Shown: positions 49,203 to 59,279 of the stretch, one piece after another | Layout: every line of letters starts with the position of its first letter | Numbering within the stretch: the first letter of the stretch is position 1 | Assembly (NCBI GenBank): GCA_965215265.1 | Contig: OZ244048.1 | Location: 2,816,001-2,880,000 of the forward strand | Direction of reading: 5' to 3' | Source of the DNA: Candidatus Poribacteria bacterium | Lineage (GTDB): Bacteria; Poribacteria; WGA-4E; WGA-3G | Length of the DNA stretch: 64,000 nt | The notes under the pieces: model-generated | The model's database searches: none | The model's input: the letters and a program-made list of their open reading frames with translations, nothing else | What the model was told of the DNA's origin: nothing | Translations under genes and position numbers: made by a program

Positions 49203-49532
49203 TTAAAGCCCTTCCTCGGGTTCGACATCCTCCGAATCGGTTTCGTTTTCATCGTAAACCTCCGGATTAAAGGTATCGCGCCACTCATCCGCATCTAAGG
49301 AGCGTCCAAAAATTGCCTGCAGCCCTGGTGTTGAAGGTTTTTCCTCGCCCTTTTTAAATTCAAGTTCCCCGTCAATCAATTCTTGTGTAGCGACGACAAC
49401 AAATTTCTGTTTAGCGGCACCAGTTGCCAAGACTGTTTCATTTAACTCGCGTGCGCGCTTCGCAATGATATTCACTGCTAAGTACTTGTTTTCTACATGC
49501 TTGGCTAAGTCTTCATGGTAAACAACTGACAT
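49203..49532 (-). CDS. rpoZ: RNA polymerase omega subunit with acidic C-terminal extension
   Basis: NKYLAVNIIAKRAREL..ATQEL. Confidence 0.85.
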   Translation of the reverse strand: MSVVYHEDLAKHVENKYLAVNIIAKRARELNETVLATGAAKQKFVVVATQELIDGELEFKKGEEKPSTPGLQAIFGRSLDADEWRDTFNPEVYDENETDSEDVEPEEGL

Positions 49533-49756
49533 TTTTATCCCTCCTGATACAATTCTGTATCTGTAACGGCAGCGTGTTAGCAATTTCGACAACCTTCTAC
49601 AGATGAGATTTTTTAATTATACCCAATTTTTCAATGAAAGTCAAATTAAAAACGATTTTAAATTTGACAAATCACGCGAAAAGTAGTAGAATTTACAAAG
49701 GACAATCATTGAAAACGCACTAAAAAAACCTAATTTGCCCAAAATAAGGATTCTGC

Positions 49757-50821
49757 ATGGATACGACGATTCAACCTATTTTAGAAAAATCGCTCTCAGG
49801 CAAACGTTTAGATTTTGACGATGGCGTGACACTTTTTAAGAGTCACGACCTACTCTCATTGGGGCATGCTGCTGATATCATACGTCACCGTAAACATCCG
49901 GAAGGCTGCGTCACGTACATTGTAGACCGGAATATTAACTATACAAATTGGTGCTACGTCGATTGCGATTTCTGTGCGTTCTATCGGCACCGAAAAGACC
50001 CGGATGCTTATGTCATGCAACGGGATGAACTCGGACAAAAAATTCAGGAAACCCTAGATCTTGGCGGCGAATTAATCCTCATGCAAGGGGGCTTACATCC
50101 TAAACTCAAACTTGAGTGGTATGAAGAGCTCCTCTGCTGGATTAAAGCGAATTACCGAATCCACATACACGGTTTTTCGCCGCCTGAACTCGACTGGTTC
50201 GCCAAAATCAATCGCATGCCATTGCGCGAAATGCTCATCCGATTGCGCGATGCTGGACTTGATTCTATCCCCGGCGGGGGTGCTGAAATTCTAACAGAAC
50301 ATGCCCGAAACGAAATCAGTCCTAAAAAATGTACCGCCGATGAATGGCTGGAAGTGATGCGACAAGGACACGCTGTGGGTCTTAAGTCTAGTGCCACTAT
50401 GATGTACGGACATGTTGAAAGCTACGCCGAACGGGTTGAACACCTCCTCCGTCTCCGCGAACTCCAAGATGAAACCGGCGGTTTCACTGCTTTTATCTGC
50501 TGGTCTCTCCAACCGCACAATACTCGACTTGAACACATCCCACCGGCTGGAAGTTTTGAGTACCTCAAAACCTTAGCAATTTCGCGCTTGTTCCTAGATA
50601 ACTTTGATAATTTTCAATCCTCGTGGGTAACACAAGGACCAAAGATTGGGCAGCTCTCTCTCAAGTTCGGTGCCAATGACATGGGCGGGACGATGATAGA
50701 GGAAAATGTCGTCAGTAAAGCCGGTACTGTCTACTGCATGCCGATTGAAGAAATAGAACGCACCATAACAGAGCTCGGATATATTCCAAAACGCCGCAAT
50801 TTTTTTTATGAGCACCTATAA
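49757..50821 (+). CDS. mqnC: cyclic dehypoxanthinyl futalosine synthase (CofH/MqnC radical SAM)
   Basis: DRNINYTN, CxxxCxxC, PGGGAEIL, SWVTQG, EENVV; TTGACA-N17-TAGAAT promoter upstream. Confidence 0.9.
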   Translation: MDTTIQPILEKSLSGKRLDFDDGVTLFKSHDLLSLGHAADIIRHRKHPEGCVTYIVDRNINYTNWCYVDCDFCAFYRHRKDPDAYVMQRDELGQKIQETLDLGGELILMQGGLHPKLKLEWYEELLCWIKANYRIHIHGFSPPELDWFAKINRMPLREMLIRLRDAGLDSIPGGGAEILTEHARNEISPKKCTADEWLEVMRQGHAVGLKSSATMMYGHVESYAERVEHLLRLRELQDETGGFTAFICWSLQPHNTRLEHIPPAGSFEYLKTLAISRLFLDNFDNFQSSWVTQGPKIGQLSLKFGANDMGGTMIEENVVSKAGTVYCMPIEEIERTITELGYIPKRRNFFYEHL

Positions 50822-50840
50822 ACGGCGTTAGTAGTTGTCC

Positions 50841-52805
50841 TTACCGGTACTCTGGATGAATCCATGGTTTAGTCAGTTTTTTGCGAGCGGCAAACCAGTT
50901 CAGATATGCCTCTCGTTTTTTCGTTTGAATGATTGCCTGCCGATGCCGTATTTTCTCATCAGTGTCGGTTGCAAACATGGCTAAGTCAGCCTCTTCGCGC
51001 TCAACTAGTTGAATAATATAGACAGCTGTATCCCCTTTAAACGGGCCACGAACCTCGTCTTTGTCCATTTTAAACGCAGCGAACATCACTTCTGTAGAAT
51101 TTCCTATACCTGCAACATAACTACTAGACCGTGAGAGCCCAAATAGACTACTCTCTTGAACAGAGAGCCGGTCCGCCGCCAGACCTTCAGGGGTTTTATA
51201 ATTTTTGAGGAGGGCCTCAAGCGTTCGCTCATTTTGCAAATTGGCATATTCATCGAACAATTTTTGCGCATCTTCGAAAGCCCATTTTTTTGCCTTTTCT
51301 TCGCGCAGTGCCTCAACCACCTCTGTTTTGACTTCGGCAAATGGTGGTATCGTTACAGGCTTCTTCTCAAGTACCGTCGCTATAAAATAAGCTTCAACGT
51401 CCCCCCTGACGTTTTTCCCTTCAACGACCTTTCTCACATTCACTTCCAAATCAAAAAGTTCATCGATGAGTCCACGGTAACTCCATACTGAGCCAATATT
51501 CGGGATATTTGAGACATCGCGGCTAAAGAGTCCAGTTTCTTGTACAGTAAGGGATAAGGGCTCATATTTCTGATGTGCGATGGCAGCATCATAATCCTGG
51601 ATTTCAATCTCATAAAGCAGGTCGTTTGCGAGTTCTTTTGCAGCTTCAACGCCTCTAATTTTCACCAGCTTCTGCCGGATTTCGGACTGAACCAGATCAA
51701 AGGGCTGCGTTTCTGGATTTTTCTTTTCCTCCAATTGGATAATGTGATATCCGTACGTGGTTTCCACCAATTCACTGACTTGCCCGGGGCTTAATCTATC
51801 AAAACAGGCTTCTTCAAACGGTTTAACCATATCTCCTCGAGCAAAGTAGTCGCCGGGCGGTAGTTTTGGATTGTTGCCTCTCAAGCTACCCCCACGGCTT
51901 GCAGACGGCCCCTCTGAGTACTTCTCGGCAAGTTCTGCAAACGTTGCCCCGGCAGCAAGTTCCTCATTAATAGTCTTGAGCAATTCTTCCGAAGCAATTT
52001 TGACCTCCGCTTTCTGTTCATCGGTAGCGTTATCGGGAAATTTTTTCAAGATATGCCGAGCTTTGACAGCTTCCGGGGTTGTGAACTCGCCGGGATTTTC
52101 TTGATAATACGTTTCAACCTCAGCATGTTCAACGAAATTCGCCGATACAACTTTGATGAACTTGACATTTACCTGCTCTTCCGTTTTATAGTCCTCTCGG
52201 TTTTTCTGAAAATATGCTTCTGCTTCGGTATCTTCAATGTTAATGCTTATCCCGTAATCACTGTGCTTAAATTCAATAAATTTCACCTTCGCCTTGTCTG
52301 CTTCAAGACGATAAGCTTGTTCTGTCTCAGTATCCGTTACCAATTCAAGTGCTTGAATATTATCCCTAAGCCTTGCAGCACTGAGTTGTAACCGAACGCT
52401 ATCCGTGTAACTATTCGCGTACCCCAATGCGTGGAAACGATTGTACTGAGTTACCAAGTTGGCATCGCTCCGGATGTAACGTTCCACCTCAGCATCGCTA
52501 ATTTGTGCGCTGCCGAGAATAGTCTCTTGAATCCACCTCTCAATCACTGATTTTTGCGTCTCTTCTCGGTCAGGCTCCCCGCCAAACCTCTGGTTTCGTC
52601 TGGAGCGCATTTCATTAGCGACAGCATTCTCGAAATTCTCGCGCGTGACTTCAGCATTGTCAATCCTGAGAACCACTTCCGCCCCGGGGTCCTCACCCCC
52701 GCCTTGTGAATTGCTGTAGAGCATCACCGTGCCTATAATGAACACCACAGCGATGACCGCCATAAAAAGTTGCGCAATAAATTTCTCACGTAAAAAGATA
52801 ATCAT
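50841..52805 (-). CDS. PpiD-like membrane-anchored parvulin peptidyl-prolyl isomerase
   Basis: N-terminal TM, ARHIL, FAELAEKYSE, MVKPFE, YGYHIIQ. Confidence 0.88.
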   Translation of the reverse strand: MIIFLREKFIAQLFMAVIAVVFIIGTVMLYSNSQGGGEDPGAEVVLRIDNAEVTRENFENAVANEMRSRRNQRFGGEPDREETQKSVIERWIQETILGSAQISDAEVERYIRSDANLVTQYNRFHALGYANSYTDSVRLQLSAARLRDNIQALELVTDTETEQAYRLEADKAKVKFIEFKHSDYGISINIEDTEAEAYFQKNREDYKTEEQVNVKFIKVVSANFVEHAEVETYYQENPGEFTTPEAVKARHILKKFPDNATDEQKAEVKIASEELLKTINEELAAGATFAELAEKYSEGPSASRGGSLRGNNPKLPPGDYFARGDMVKPFEEACFDRLSPGQVSELVETTYGYHIIQLEEKKNPETQPFDLVQSEIRQKLVKIRGVEAAKELANDLLYEIEIQDYDAAIAHQKYEPLSLTVQETGLFSRDVSNIPNIGSVWSYRGLIDELFDLEVNVRKVVEGKNVRGDVEAYFIATVLEKKPVTIPPFAEVKTEVVEALREEKAKKWAFEDAQKLFDEYANLQNERTLEALLKNYKTPEGLAADRLSVQESSLFGLSRSSSYVAGIGNSTEVMFAAFKMDKDEVRGPFKGDTAVYIIQLVEREEADLAMFATDTDEKIRHRQAIIQTKKREAYLNWFAARKKLTKPWIHPEYR

Positions 52806-53064
52806 GTTGTTAATGTTGCTCCTATTCAATTGTGCGTCAAGATGTTAATATTATACATTCAAATCCGGCGAATGTCAAATTTTTGTCCAACATTTCAGTA
52901 AAACAGACTGCCGAAATTTTCTTTCTTGAAAAACGGATGAAAATCGGTTAACATGGTATACACGTAGAAGAACATGATCTCTTTCAGAAGACAGCTCTTT
53001 TTCTGAAAGCATCTCCTATTTTCTACTTTTTATCATCAATTTCACATAAGACAGTCATACAGCT

Positions 53065-54261
53065 ATGAGTACTAAGCATTTAATTGAAACAGTTACCGCT
53101 GCTACTTTGACACTCCCTTCTCCGGTGATTACGGGCATTGGTGCAGCCGATAACGTTGGCGAACAAGCCAAACGACTCGAGAAAAAAAAGGTTCTGATTG
53201 TCACCGATCCGGGTATTGCCAAAATCGGATACGCAGAAAAGGTGGCTCAGAATTTGTCGACTGCTGGAATCGGCACAACATGCTTTTCCCAGGTCACGCC
53301 CGACCCAACTTTACAGAACGTCAGAGATGGATTAGCACAATACCGAAACGAAGCGTGTGATCTAATTGTCAGCATCGGGGGTGGCAGCGCAATCGACTGC
53401 GGCAAAGGCATCGCCATGAAATTGACAAACGATGGCGACTTTGCCAATTACATGGGTATAGACAAAATTCCCAATGCCGGTGCACCATTCATTGCGATTC
53501 CCACCACAGGTGGAACAGGTAGCGAGGTATCCAGGGTCACAGTCATTACCGATACCGATCGAAACGTGAAGATGATGCTGAGCAGTCCGCATCTCTTGGC
53601 AAGTGTCGCGCTGGTAGATCCGTTGCTCTCACTCACGACACCGCCCCATCTAACAGCCGCAGTCGGGGTTGATGCGTTGACACATGCAATAGAGGCATAT
53701 ATCTCTAAACGTGCACAACCGATAACTGACGCGCTGGCACTCAAGGCAATAGAACTGATCTCAGGCTCGCTAAGACAGGCCTGGGCAGATGGGGAAAATA
53801 TCGCGGCGCGAACCGATATGATGATCGGCGCTTCGATTGCAGGCATGGCGTTCAGCAACGCGTCGGTTGCGCTCGTTCACGGTATGTCACGTCCAATCGG
53901 TGCCTATTTCCACATCCATCACGGGCTCTCAAACGCTGTGCTGCTCCTCGATGTGATGGAATTTAGCGTTGTCGGTGCGCCTAAACGTTTTGCGGATATC
54001 GCCTACGCGATGGGCGAACCGATTGAAGGGTTATCCATGATGAAACAGGCAGATGCCGCCATTGCTGCTGTTGAAAGGCTTGTTAACGATATCCGGATGC
54101 CACGACTCAGCGATATCGGCATCCCAAAAACCGAATTCGACGCTGTGATTGAACAGATGGCACGAGATGCAATAGCAAGCGGCAGTCCGGCTAACAATCC
54201 ACGACAAGCAACCGCTGAAGAAATCGTGGCATTGTACAGAAAATGCTTCGCCGCACACTAG
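53065..54261 (+). CDS. iron-containing alcohol dehydrogenase
   Basis: GGGSAIDCGK, PTTGGTGSE, DALTHAIE, HG..HHG. Confidence 0.93.
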   Translation: MSTKHLIETVTAATLTLPSPVITGIGAADNVGEQAKRLEKKKVLIVTDPGIAKIGYAEKVAQNLSTAGIGTTCFSQVTPDPTLQNVRDGLAQYRNEACDLIVSIGGGSAIDCGKGIAMKLTNDGDFANYMGIDKIPNAGAPFIAIPTTGGTGSEVSRVTVITDTDRNVKMMLSSPHLLASVALVDPLLSLTTPPHLTAAVGVDALTHAIEAYISKRAQPITDALALKAIELISGSLRQAWADGENIAARTDMMIGASIAGMAFSNASVALVHGMSRPIGAYFHIHHGLSNAVLLLDVMEFSVVGAPKRFADIAYAMGEPIEGLSMMKQADAAIAAVERLVNDIRMPRLSDIGIPKTEFDAVIEQMARDAIASGSPANNPRQATAEEIVALYRKCFAAH

Positions 54262-54278
54262 ACTTTAGGAAAGACGAT

Positions 54279-54890
54279 ATGCAGAATCCCGGATTTGCCA
54301 AAAACCGATTTCCAAACAGTGCCATAGTGGCAATGTTTCTGATGGGACTGTTGCTCGCAGCATGCGATACACCTAATTTTTTACTGTATGAGAATGAAAT
54401 TCCGCCCTATTACGGTACAATTGAGAGTATTGATAACGTTTATGATGGGGACACAATTCAGGATGTCGCTATCCAAATTTATTCGTTGACACCTCTTAAT
54501 TCGCGTACCAGTGCACTTTGGCCGGGCGTAGAACAGCGAATCGACGGCATTTATAGCGTCACAGATATTAGAATCGCAGGAATAGATACTCCTGAAAGAA
54601 GGCCCCTACGCGCCGGGCGCACCGAAGCCTCACTCCAACGGGAAAAGGCACGCGCCGAAGCTGCAACGAACTTTCTCAAAAACCTAATTCTCACCAGCAT
54701 CACTGAAAACGGCGAACTCGGATTCGTGATTATCAATCCACAACCCGACAAATACGCGGGACGTACCATCGCAGGGGTAGTCTGTTTTAAAGAAGGTAAA
54801 TCGATTAATGTCGCCGAAGCATTGATAGAAGCAGGACACGCTGTTGTTTATACAGGCGGCACTAAAACATACGATTGGGGAAAAGAATAG
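54279..54890 (+). CDS. thermonuclease (SNase)-like lipoprotein
   Basis: LAAC lipobox, YDGDT, IRIAGIDTPE, DKYAGR. Confidence 0.82.
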   Translation: MQNPGFAKNRFPNSAIVAMFLMGLLLAACDTPNFLLYENEIPPYYGTIESIDNVYDGDTIQDVAIQIYSLTPLNSRTSALWPGVEQRIDGIYSVTDIRIAGIDTPERRPLRAGRTEASLQREKARAEAATNFLKNLILTSITENGELGFVIINPQPDKYAGRTIAGVVCFKEGKSINVAEALIEAGHAVVYTGGTKTYDWGKE

Positions 54891-54972
54891 GTTGAATTAA
54901 CAAGCTATAGGCAGTTTTTATAAGCCTAATACGGCATTCGCCGCCGTTTGACATAACGCAAAGGAATACCTT

Positions 54973-55932
54973 GTGAACCGACTCAAAATTGTTGTCCCTG
55001 GCGACGCACCGCCTCAAATCCAAGGCTCACGACACCTTGAACGGCTGCAGCCTTACGGTGACGTTGTATTATACACCGATCGGCCGGAAACATCGGAGGA
55101 GAAAATCCGCCGGGCCGAAGATGCTGACATTCTCATCAATTCACGGGGGCTCGTCAAATGGCCCGCCGACATCTTACAGCAGCTACCCAAACTCAAATTG
55201 ATTTCGCTCTGCTCCATCGGTACGGACATGATCGCACTTGAGGAAGCAAGCCGGCAGGGCATCGTTGTCTGTAACCAACCCGGCCGCACTGCTCCCGTTG
55301 TCGCCGAGCATGCCTTCGGGCTCATGTTCGCCCTTGCCAAACGGGCAGCTTTTCTCACTGCAGCAGTAAAAGCAGGTGAATGGCCCCGTATGGATAATGT
55401 CTACCTGCAAGGCAAGACTCTCGGAATCGTTGGTACTGGGCACATCGGTGCTGAAATGGCCCGCCTCGGCCGCACGATTGGTATGAACGTCATCGCGTGG
55501 AGCTATCATCCTTCTGATGAACGCGCGGAACAGTTAGGGGTTCACTTTGTTTCCTTTGACGAGTTGCTCCGGACATCTGATGTAGTCAGTTTACATGTCA
55601 AGTTAACAGAAGATAGTCATCATCTAATCGGCGCACCTGAGCTGTCATTGATGAAACCGAACGCACTCTTAATCAACGTTGCCCGGGGCGGTGTACTTGA
55701 CACCGATGCCCTTATTTGTGCCTTAAATAGCGGACGCGTCGGTGGTGCCGCAATTGATGTCTACGACGAAGAACCACCACCTGCCAATTATCCGCTCTTC
55801 GCATGCGAACAAGTGATTCTCACACCGCACTGTGCTGATATGACTCCGGAGGGTGTTGAACTCCTCAATGAAGGCGCGGTTAATAACATCATCGCTTTTT
55901 TGGAGGGTAATCCACAAAATGTGGTTGTCTAA
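54973..55932 (+). CDS. D-isomer-specific 2-hydroxyacid dehydrogenase
   Basis: GTGHIG, INVARG, DVYDEEP, TPH. Confidence 0.92.
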   Translation: MNRLKIVVPGDAPPQIQGSRHLERLQPYGDVVLYTDRPETSEEKIRRAEDADILINSRGLVKWPADILQQLPKLKLISLCSIGTDMIALEEASRQGIVVCNQPGRTAPVVAEHAFGLMFALAKRAAFLTAAVKAGEWPRMDNVYLQGKTLGIVGTGHIGAEMARLGRTIGMNVIAWSYHPSDERAEQLGVHFVSFDELLRTSDVVSLHVKLTEDSHHLIGAPELSLMKPNALLINVARGGVLDTDALICALNSGRVGGAAIDVYDEEPPPANYPLFACEQVILTPHCADMTPEGVELLNEGAVNNIIAFLEGNPQNVVV

Positions 55933-55988
55933 AACGGGTTTTTTCTTCAAAACAATACCTGAAACAAAAACGGAATACTAAAAATTTA

Positions 55989-58121
55989 ATGTCTAATTTC
56001 GATCAAAGAAAAGAGTCTACCATAAAAATCGGTGTGGATACAGGCGGCACCTTCACAGACATTGTCATGGCAGTGGATGGCATCCTTTTGACGCATAAAG
56101 TCCTTTCCACCCCGAGGAATCCTGCATACGCAGTGATACAAGGGGTTAGCGATATCCTGAATTTGCACAAAGAAGAGGGGGCTGCTGTTGAGATTGTGCA
56201 CGGCTCCACGGTTGCAACGAATGCGCTATTGGAACGCCGCGGTGCCCGTGTCGCTCTCGTTACTACAAAAGGCTTCGAAGACCTCTTAGAGATCGGCCGC
56301 CAAGCGCGTCCTGCCCTCTATGATTTTTTGGTTGAACGACCAGCTCCGCTCGTCCCAGCAGAACGCCGGTTCGGTATTGACGAAAGAACACTTCACATAG
56401 GAGACATCCAAACCCCTATCAACACCGTGCAATTGGACGTGCTGGCAAAACAGCTCGCCAATTTAGAACTTGACGCAATCGCAATCTGTTTTCTCTTCTC
56501 GTATGTGAATCCTCAAAATGAACAGATTGCAGCAAAACATCTTGCTGCTTCATTGCCCAATGTACAACAGATACCGATTTCGTGTTCTCACCAAATCTTG
56601 TCAGAATACCGTGAGTATGAACGTTTCAGTACCACGGTTGCAAACGCCTATATTCGTCCGACCTTAGAGCGGCATCTCGCAACATTAACCGAATCCGAGC
56701 GAGTAACACATTTCACATCTACCGAAACCCAAAATTTCCGTTTAATGCTATCCAATGGTGGTAGCATTTCTGTTAGGAATTTTGACGCGGCAGGGATTCG
56801 CACCGTGCTTTCTGGACCTGCTGGCGGGGTCATAGGAGCCTACAACGTTGCGAAAACTGCAGGATATCATCAGATTATTACGTTTGATATGGGGGGCACC
56901 TCCACCGATGTCAGTTTGTGCGATAACGGCATTTCAATGACAACGGAGAGCACTATCAGTGGGCTGCCTATTAAGGTGCCTCTCATAGATATCCACACCG
57001 TTGGAGCCGGTGGGGGTTCCATTGCCACAGTCGATACCGGGGGCGCACTGCGCGTCGGCCCAGAGAGCGCGGGTGCTGACCCGGGACCGTTATGTTACGG
57101 CAAGCAAGGACAAGCGATTACTGTCACCGACGCAAACCTTTTTCTAGGACGACTCGAGTCGACGCAATTTTTGGGCGGAAAAATGGAACTTGCCTCTGAG
57201 ACGACACGCACATATATCAAAAAATTAGGGACGGGCCTTGGACTTTCGGCCGTAGAGGCCGCGGACGGCATCCTCAAGGTGGCAAATGCAACTATGGAAC
57301 GCGCCATCAAAGTTATCTCCGTAGAACGAGGCTTTGATACGCGTGACTTTACACTCGTTTGCTTCGGAGGGGCGGGTGGTTTACACGCAGCATTTTTGGC
57401 AGAGAATCTCGGCATCTACACCGTGTTAATTCCGCCAAACGGAGGCTTACTCTCTGCGTACGGCATGCTTTTTGCAGATGTCATCAAAGATTATTCCCAA
57501 ACGGTGCTGTGGAAATTTAACACGCGTGAAGCGGGAAGTATAGAAACTTTGCTGAGACAGTTAAAGGCAGGTTTTGAAGCACTTTTTGCCCGTGCGGAAA
57601 GTGATATGACGACAGAAAAATTCCTTACGGACTCGCCGAAGATAGAATGTTCATTGGATATGCGTTATGAAGGACAATCGTATGAATTGAATATCCCCTA
57701 TACACTTAAAAATAACGTTTTTGCTTCAAATTCAAAAGTAGCAGAGGCAGCTATAGAACTACCCAGTTTTATTTCAGCATTTCATGCTGCACACAAACAA
57801 CGATTCAGCTACGCCCGACTCGATGCCACGGTGGAAATTGTCAACCTCCGGCTGACAGCCATCGGTGAAACCGAAAAACCGGAGATTTCTGCTCAGCCGC
57901 TCAGGGATGCTGATGCCTCTGAGGCACGTGTCGCACAAAAACAGGTCGTCTTTGACAGCACAACTCACGAAACCGATTTCTACCGACGCGAGGCATTATG
58001 TCCCGGCAATCAGATTGAGGGACCCGCGATTGTGACAGAATTCAGCGCGACGACTGTTATCCCTCCAAATTTCTCTGCGTCTGTCGATGCCTATCGTAAT
58101 CTCATCTTAAGGCAGCAGTAG
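55989..58121 (+). CDS. hydantoinase A/5-oxoprolinase family protein
   Basis: DTGGTFTD, SGPAGG, DMGGTSTD, GAGGGS. Confidence 0.93.
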   Translation: MSNFDQRKESTIKIGVDTGGTFTDIVMAVDGILLTHKVLSTPRNPAYAVIQGVSDILNLHKEEGAAVEIVHGSTVATNALLERRGARVALVTTKGFEDLLEIGRQARPALYDFLVERPAPLVPAERRFGIDERTLHIGDIQTPINTVQLDVLAKQLANLELDAIAICFLFSYVNPQNEQIAAKHLAASLPNVQQIPISCSHQILSEYREYERFSTTVANAYIRPTLERHLATLTESERVTHFTSTETQNFRLMLSNGGSISVRNFDAAGIRTVLSGPAGGVIGAYNVAKTAGYHQIITFDMGGTSTDVSLCDNGISMTTESTISGLPIKVPLIDIHTVGAGGGSIATVDTGGALRVGPESAGADPGPLCYGKQGQAITVTDANLFLGRLESTQFLGGKMELASETTRTYIKKLGTGLGLSAVEAADGILKVANATMERAIKVISVERGFDTRDFTLVCFGGAGGLHAAFLAENLGIYTVLIPPNGGLLSAYGMLFADVIKDYSQTVLWKFNTREAGSIETLLRQLKAGFEALFARAESDMTTEKFLTDSPKIECSLDMRYEGQSYELNIPYTLKNNVFASNSKVAEAAIELPSFISAFHAAHKQRFSYARLDATVEIVNLRLTAIGETEKPEISAQPLRDADASEARVAQKQVVFDSTTHETDFYRREALCPGNQIEGPAIVTEFSATTVIPPNFSASVDAYRNLILRQQ

Positions 58122-58395
58122 TTTTTATAGTGAATTAGTTTCCGACAGCGATATGACTATCGAAGCTAGCACGGACAAGAGTTAGAAACGCACTGACAAA
58201 GCACTTCTCGACGGTGGGGTGGCAGATTATAGGAATCCACACCGTGCAGCAGGAAAATGAATCTAAAGAAGCGTTCATTAAACGGATTAAAGATTATTAC
58301 AAAGGTTTTCAGTACAGACATTTGTGAAATGATTCATCTTGTTGTCGATTGAGCTCTGCTCTCATCACTAGAGCCAAAAACGAGGTATGTAGAAA

Positions 58396-59235
58396 ATGCT
58401 CAAAATTATTGACACCCATCAACACCTCTGGGATACCTCCAATTTGGACTACCCTTGGTTAGTTGGGTTTGATGCACTTGAAAAGCGGTATACCGCGCAA
58501 GATTATCGCGCAGCAGTGGGCGAACTGAACGTTGTCAAATCGGTTCACGTTGAAGGGGATCCGGCCGAAACACACGTCGTCCAAGAAGTAGAATGGTTAA
58601 CAGGCATCGCAGCAGAAGACGGTATGATAGGCGCGATAGCTGCCGCAGCACCCCTCGAAAAGCCAAACGCCGAAGCCGTCCTTGAACAACTTGCAGCGTT
58701 TGACCTTGTGGTAGGAATTCGGCGGATGGCGTGGCACCATGCAGATAACAATTTCTACGCGAACACCGATTTGATTCGCGGCGTAAAACTACTGCCGAAA
58801 TTCAATCTCTCTTTTGAACTCTGTGCCAAACACGACCAACTTGCTGCCGCTATTGAACTCGTCAAAGCCACACCTGATGTCAAACACGCAATCAACCACT
58901 GCGGCGGCCCCGATATCAAGGATGGGCAATTTGAACCCTGGGCAACATACATCCGCGAACTGGCCTCTTTCGAGAACGTTCACTGTAAAGTCTCCGGCAT
59001 CGTCACAACTGCCAGCGAGAATTGGACACATGAGGAACTCAAACCTTACATCCTACACCTTGTAGAAACATTCGGATATAAAAGACTCATGTTTGGAAGC
59101 GATTGGCCAGTCTGCACCCTCGCTGCAACATATCGAGAATGGGTGGCTGCACTCCTCTGGGCAGTTGATGACGCATCCGACGACGAGAAAAATAGACTCT
59201 TCTATCAAAACGGTTTGGAATTTTACGCTATATAG
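58396..59235 (+). CDS. amidohydrolase family (sugar lactonase-like)
   Basis: DTHQHLW, NHCG, CKVSG, FGSDWPV. Confidence 0.9.
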   Translation: MLKIIDTHQHLWDTSNLDYPWLVGFDALEKRYTAQDYRAAVGELNVVKSVHVEGDPAETHVVQEVEWLTGIAAEDGMIGAIAAAAPLEKPNAEAVLEQLAAFDLVVGIRRMAWHHADNNFYANTDLIRGVKLLPKFNLSFELCAKHDQLAAAIELVKATPDVKHAINHCGGPDIKDGQFEPWATYIRELASFENVHCKVSGIVTTASENWTHEELKPYILHLVETFGYKRLMFGSDWPVCTLAATYREWVAALLWAVDDASDDEKNRLFYQNGLEFYAI

Positions 59236-59279
59236 CAATAGACGTTGTGTCACTAGCAGCTTATACATTAATGAATGTA

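Noticed and set aside
54279-54890. SNase-like nuclease as a defence or mobile-element marker
   Set aside because: Lone lipoprotein among metabolic genes, with no integrase or defence neighbours.
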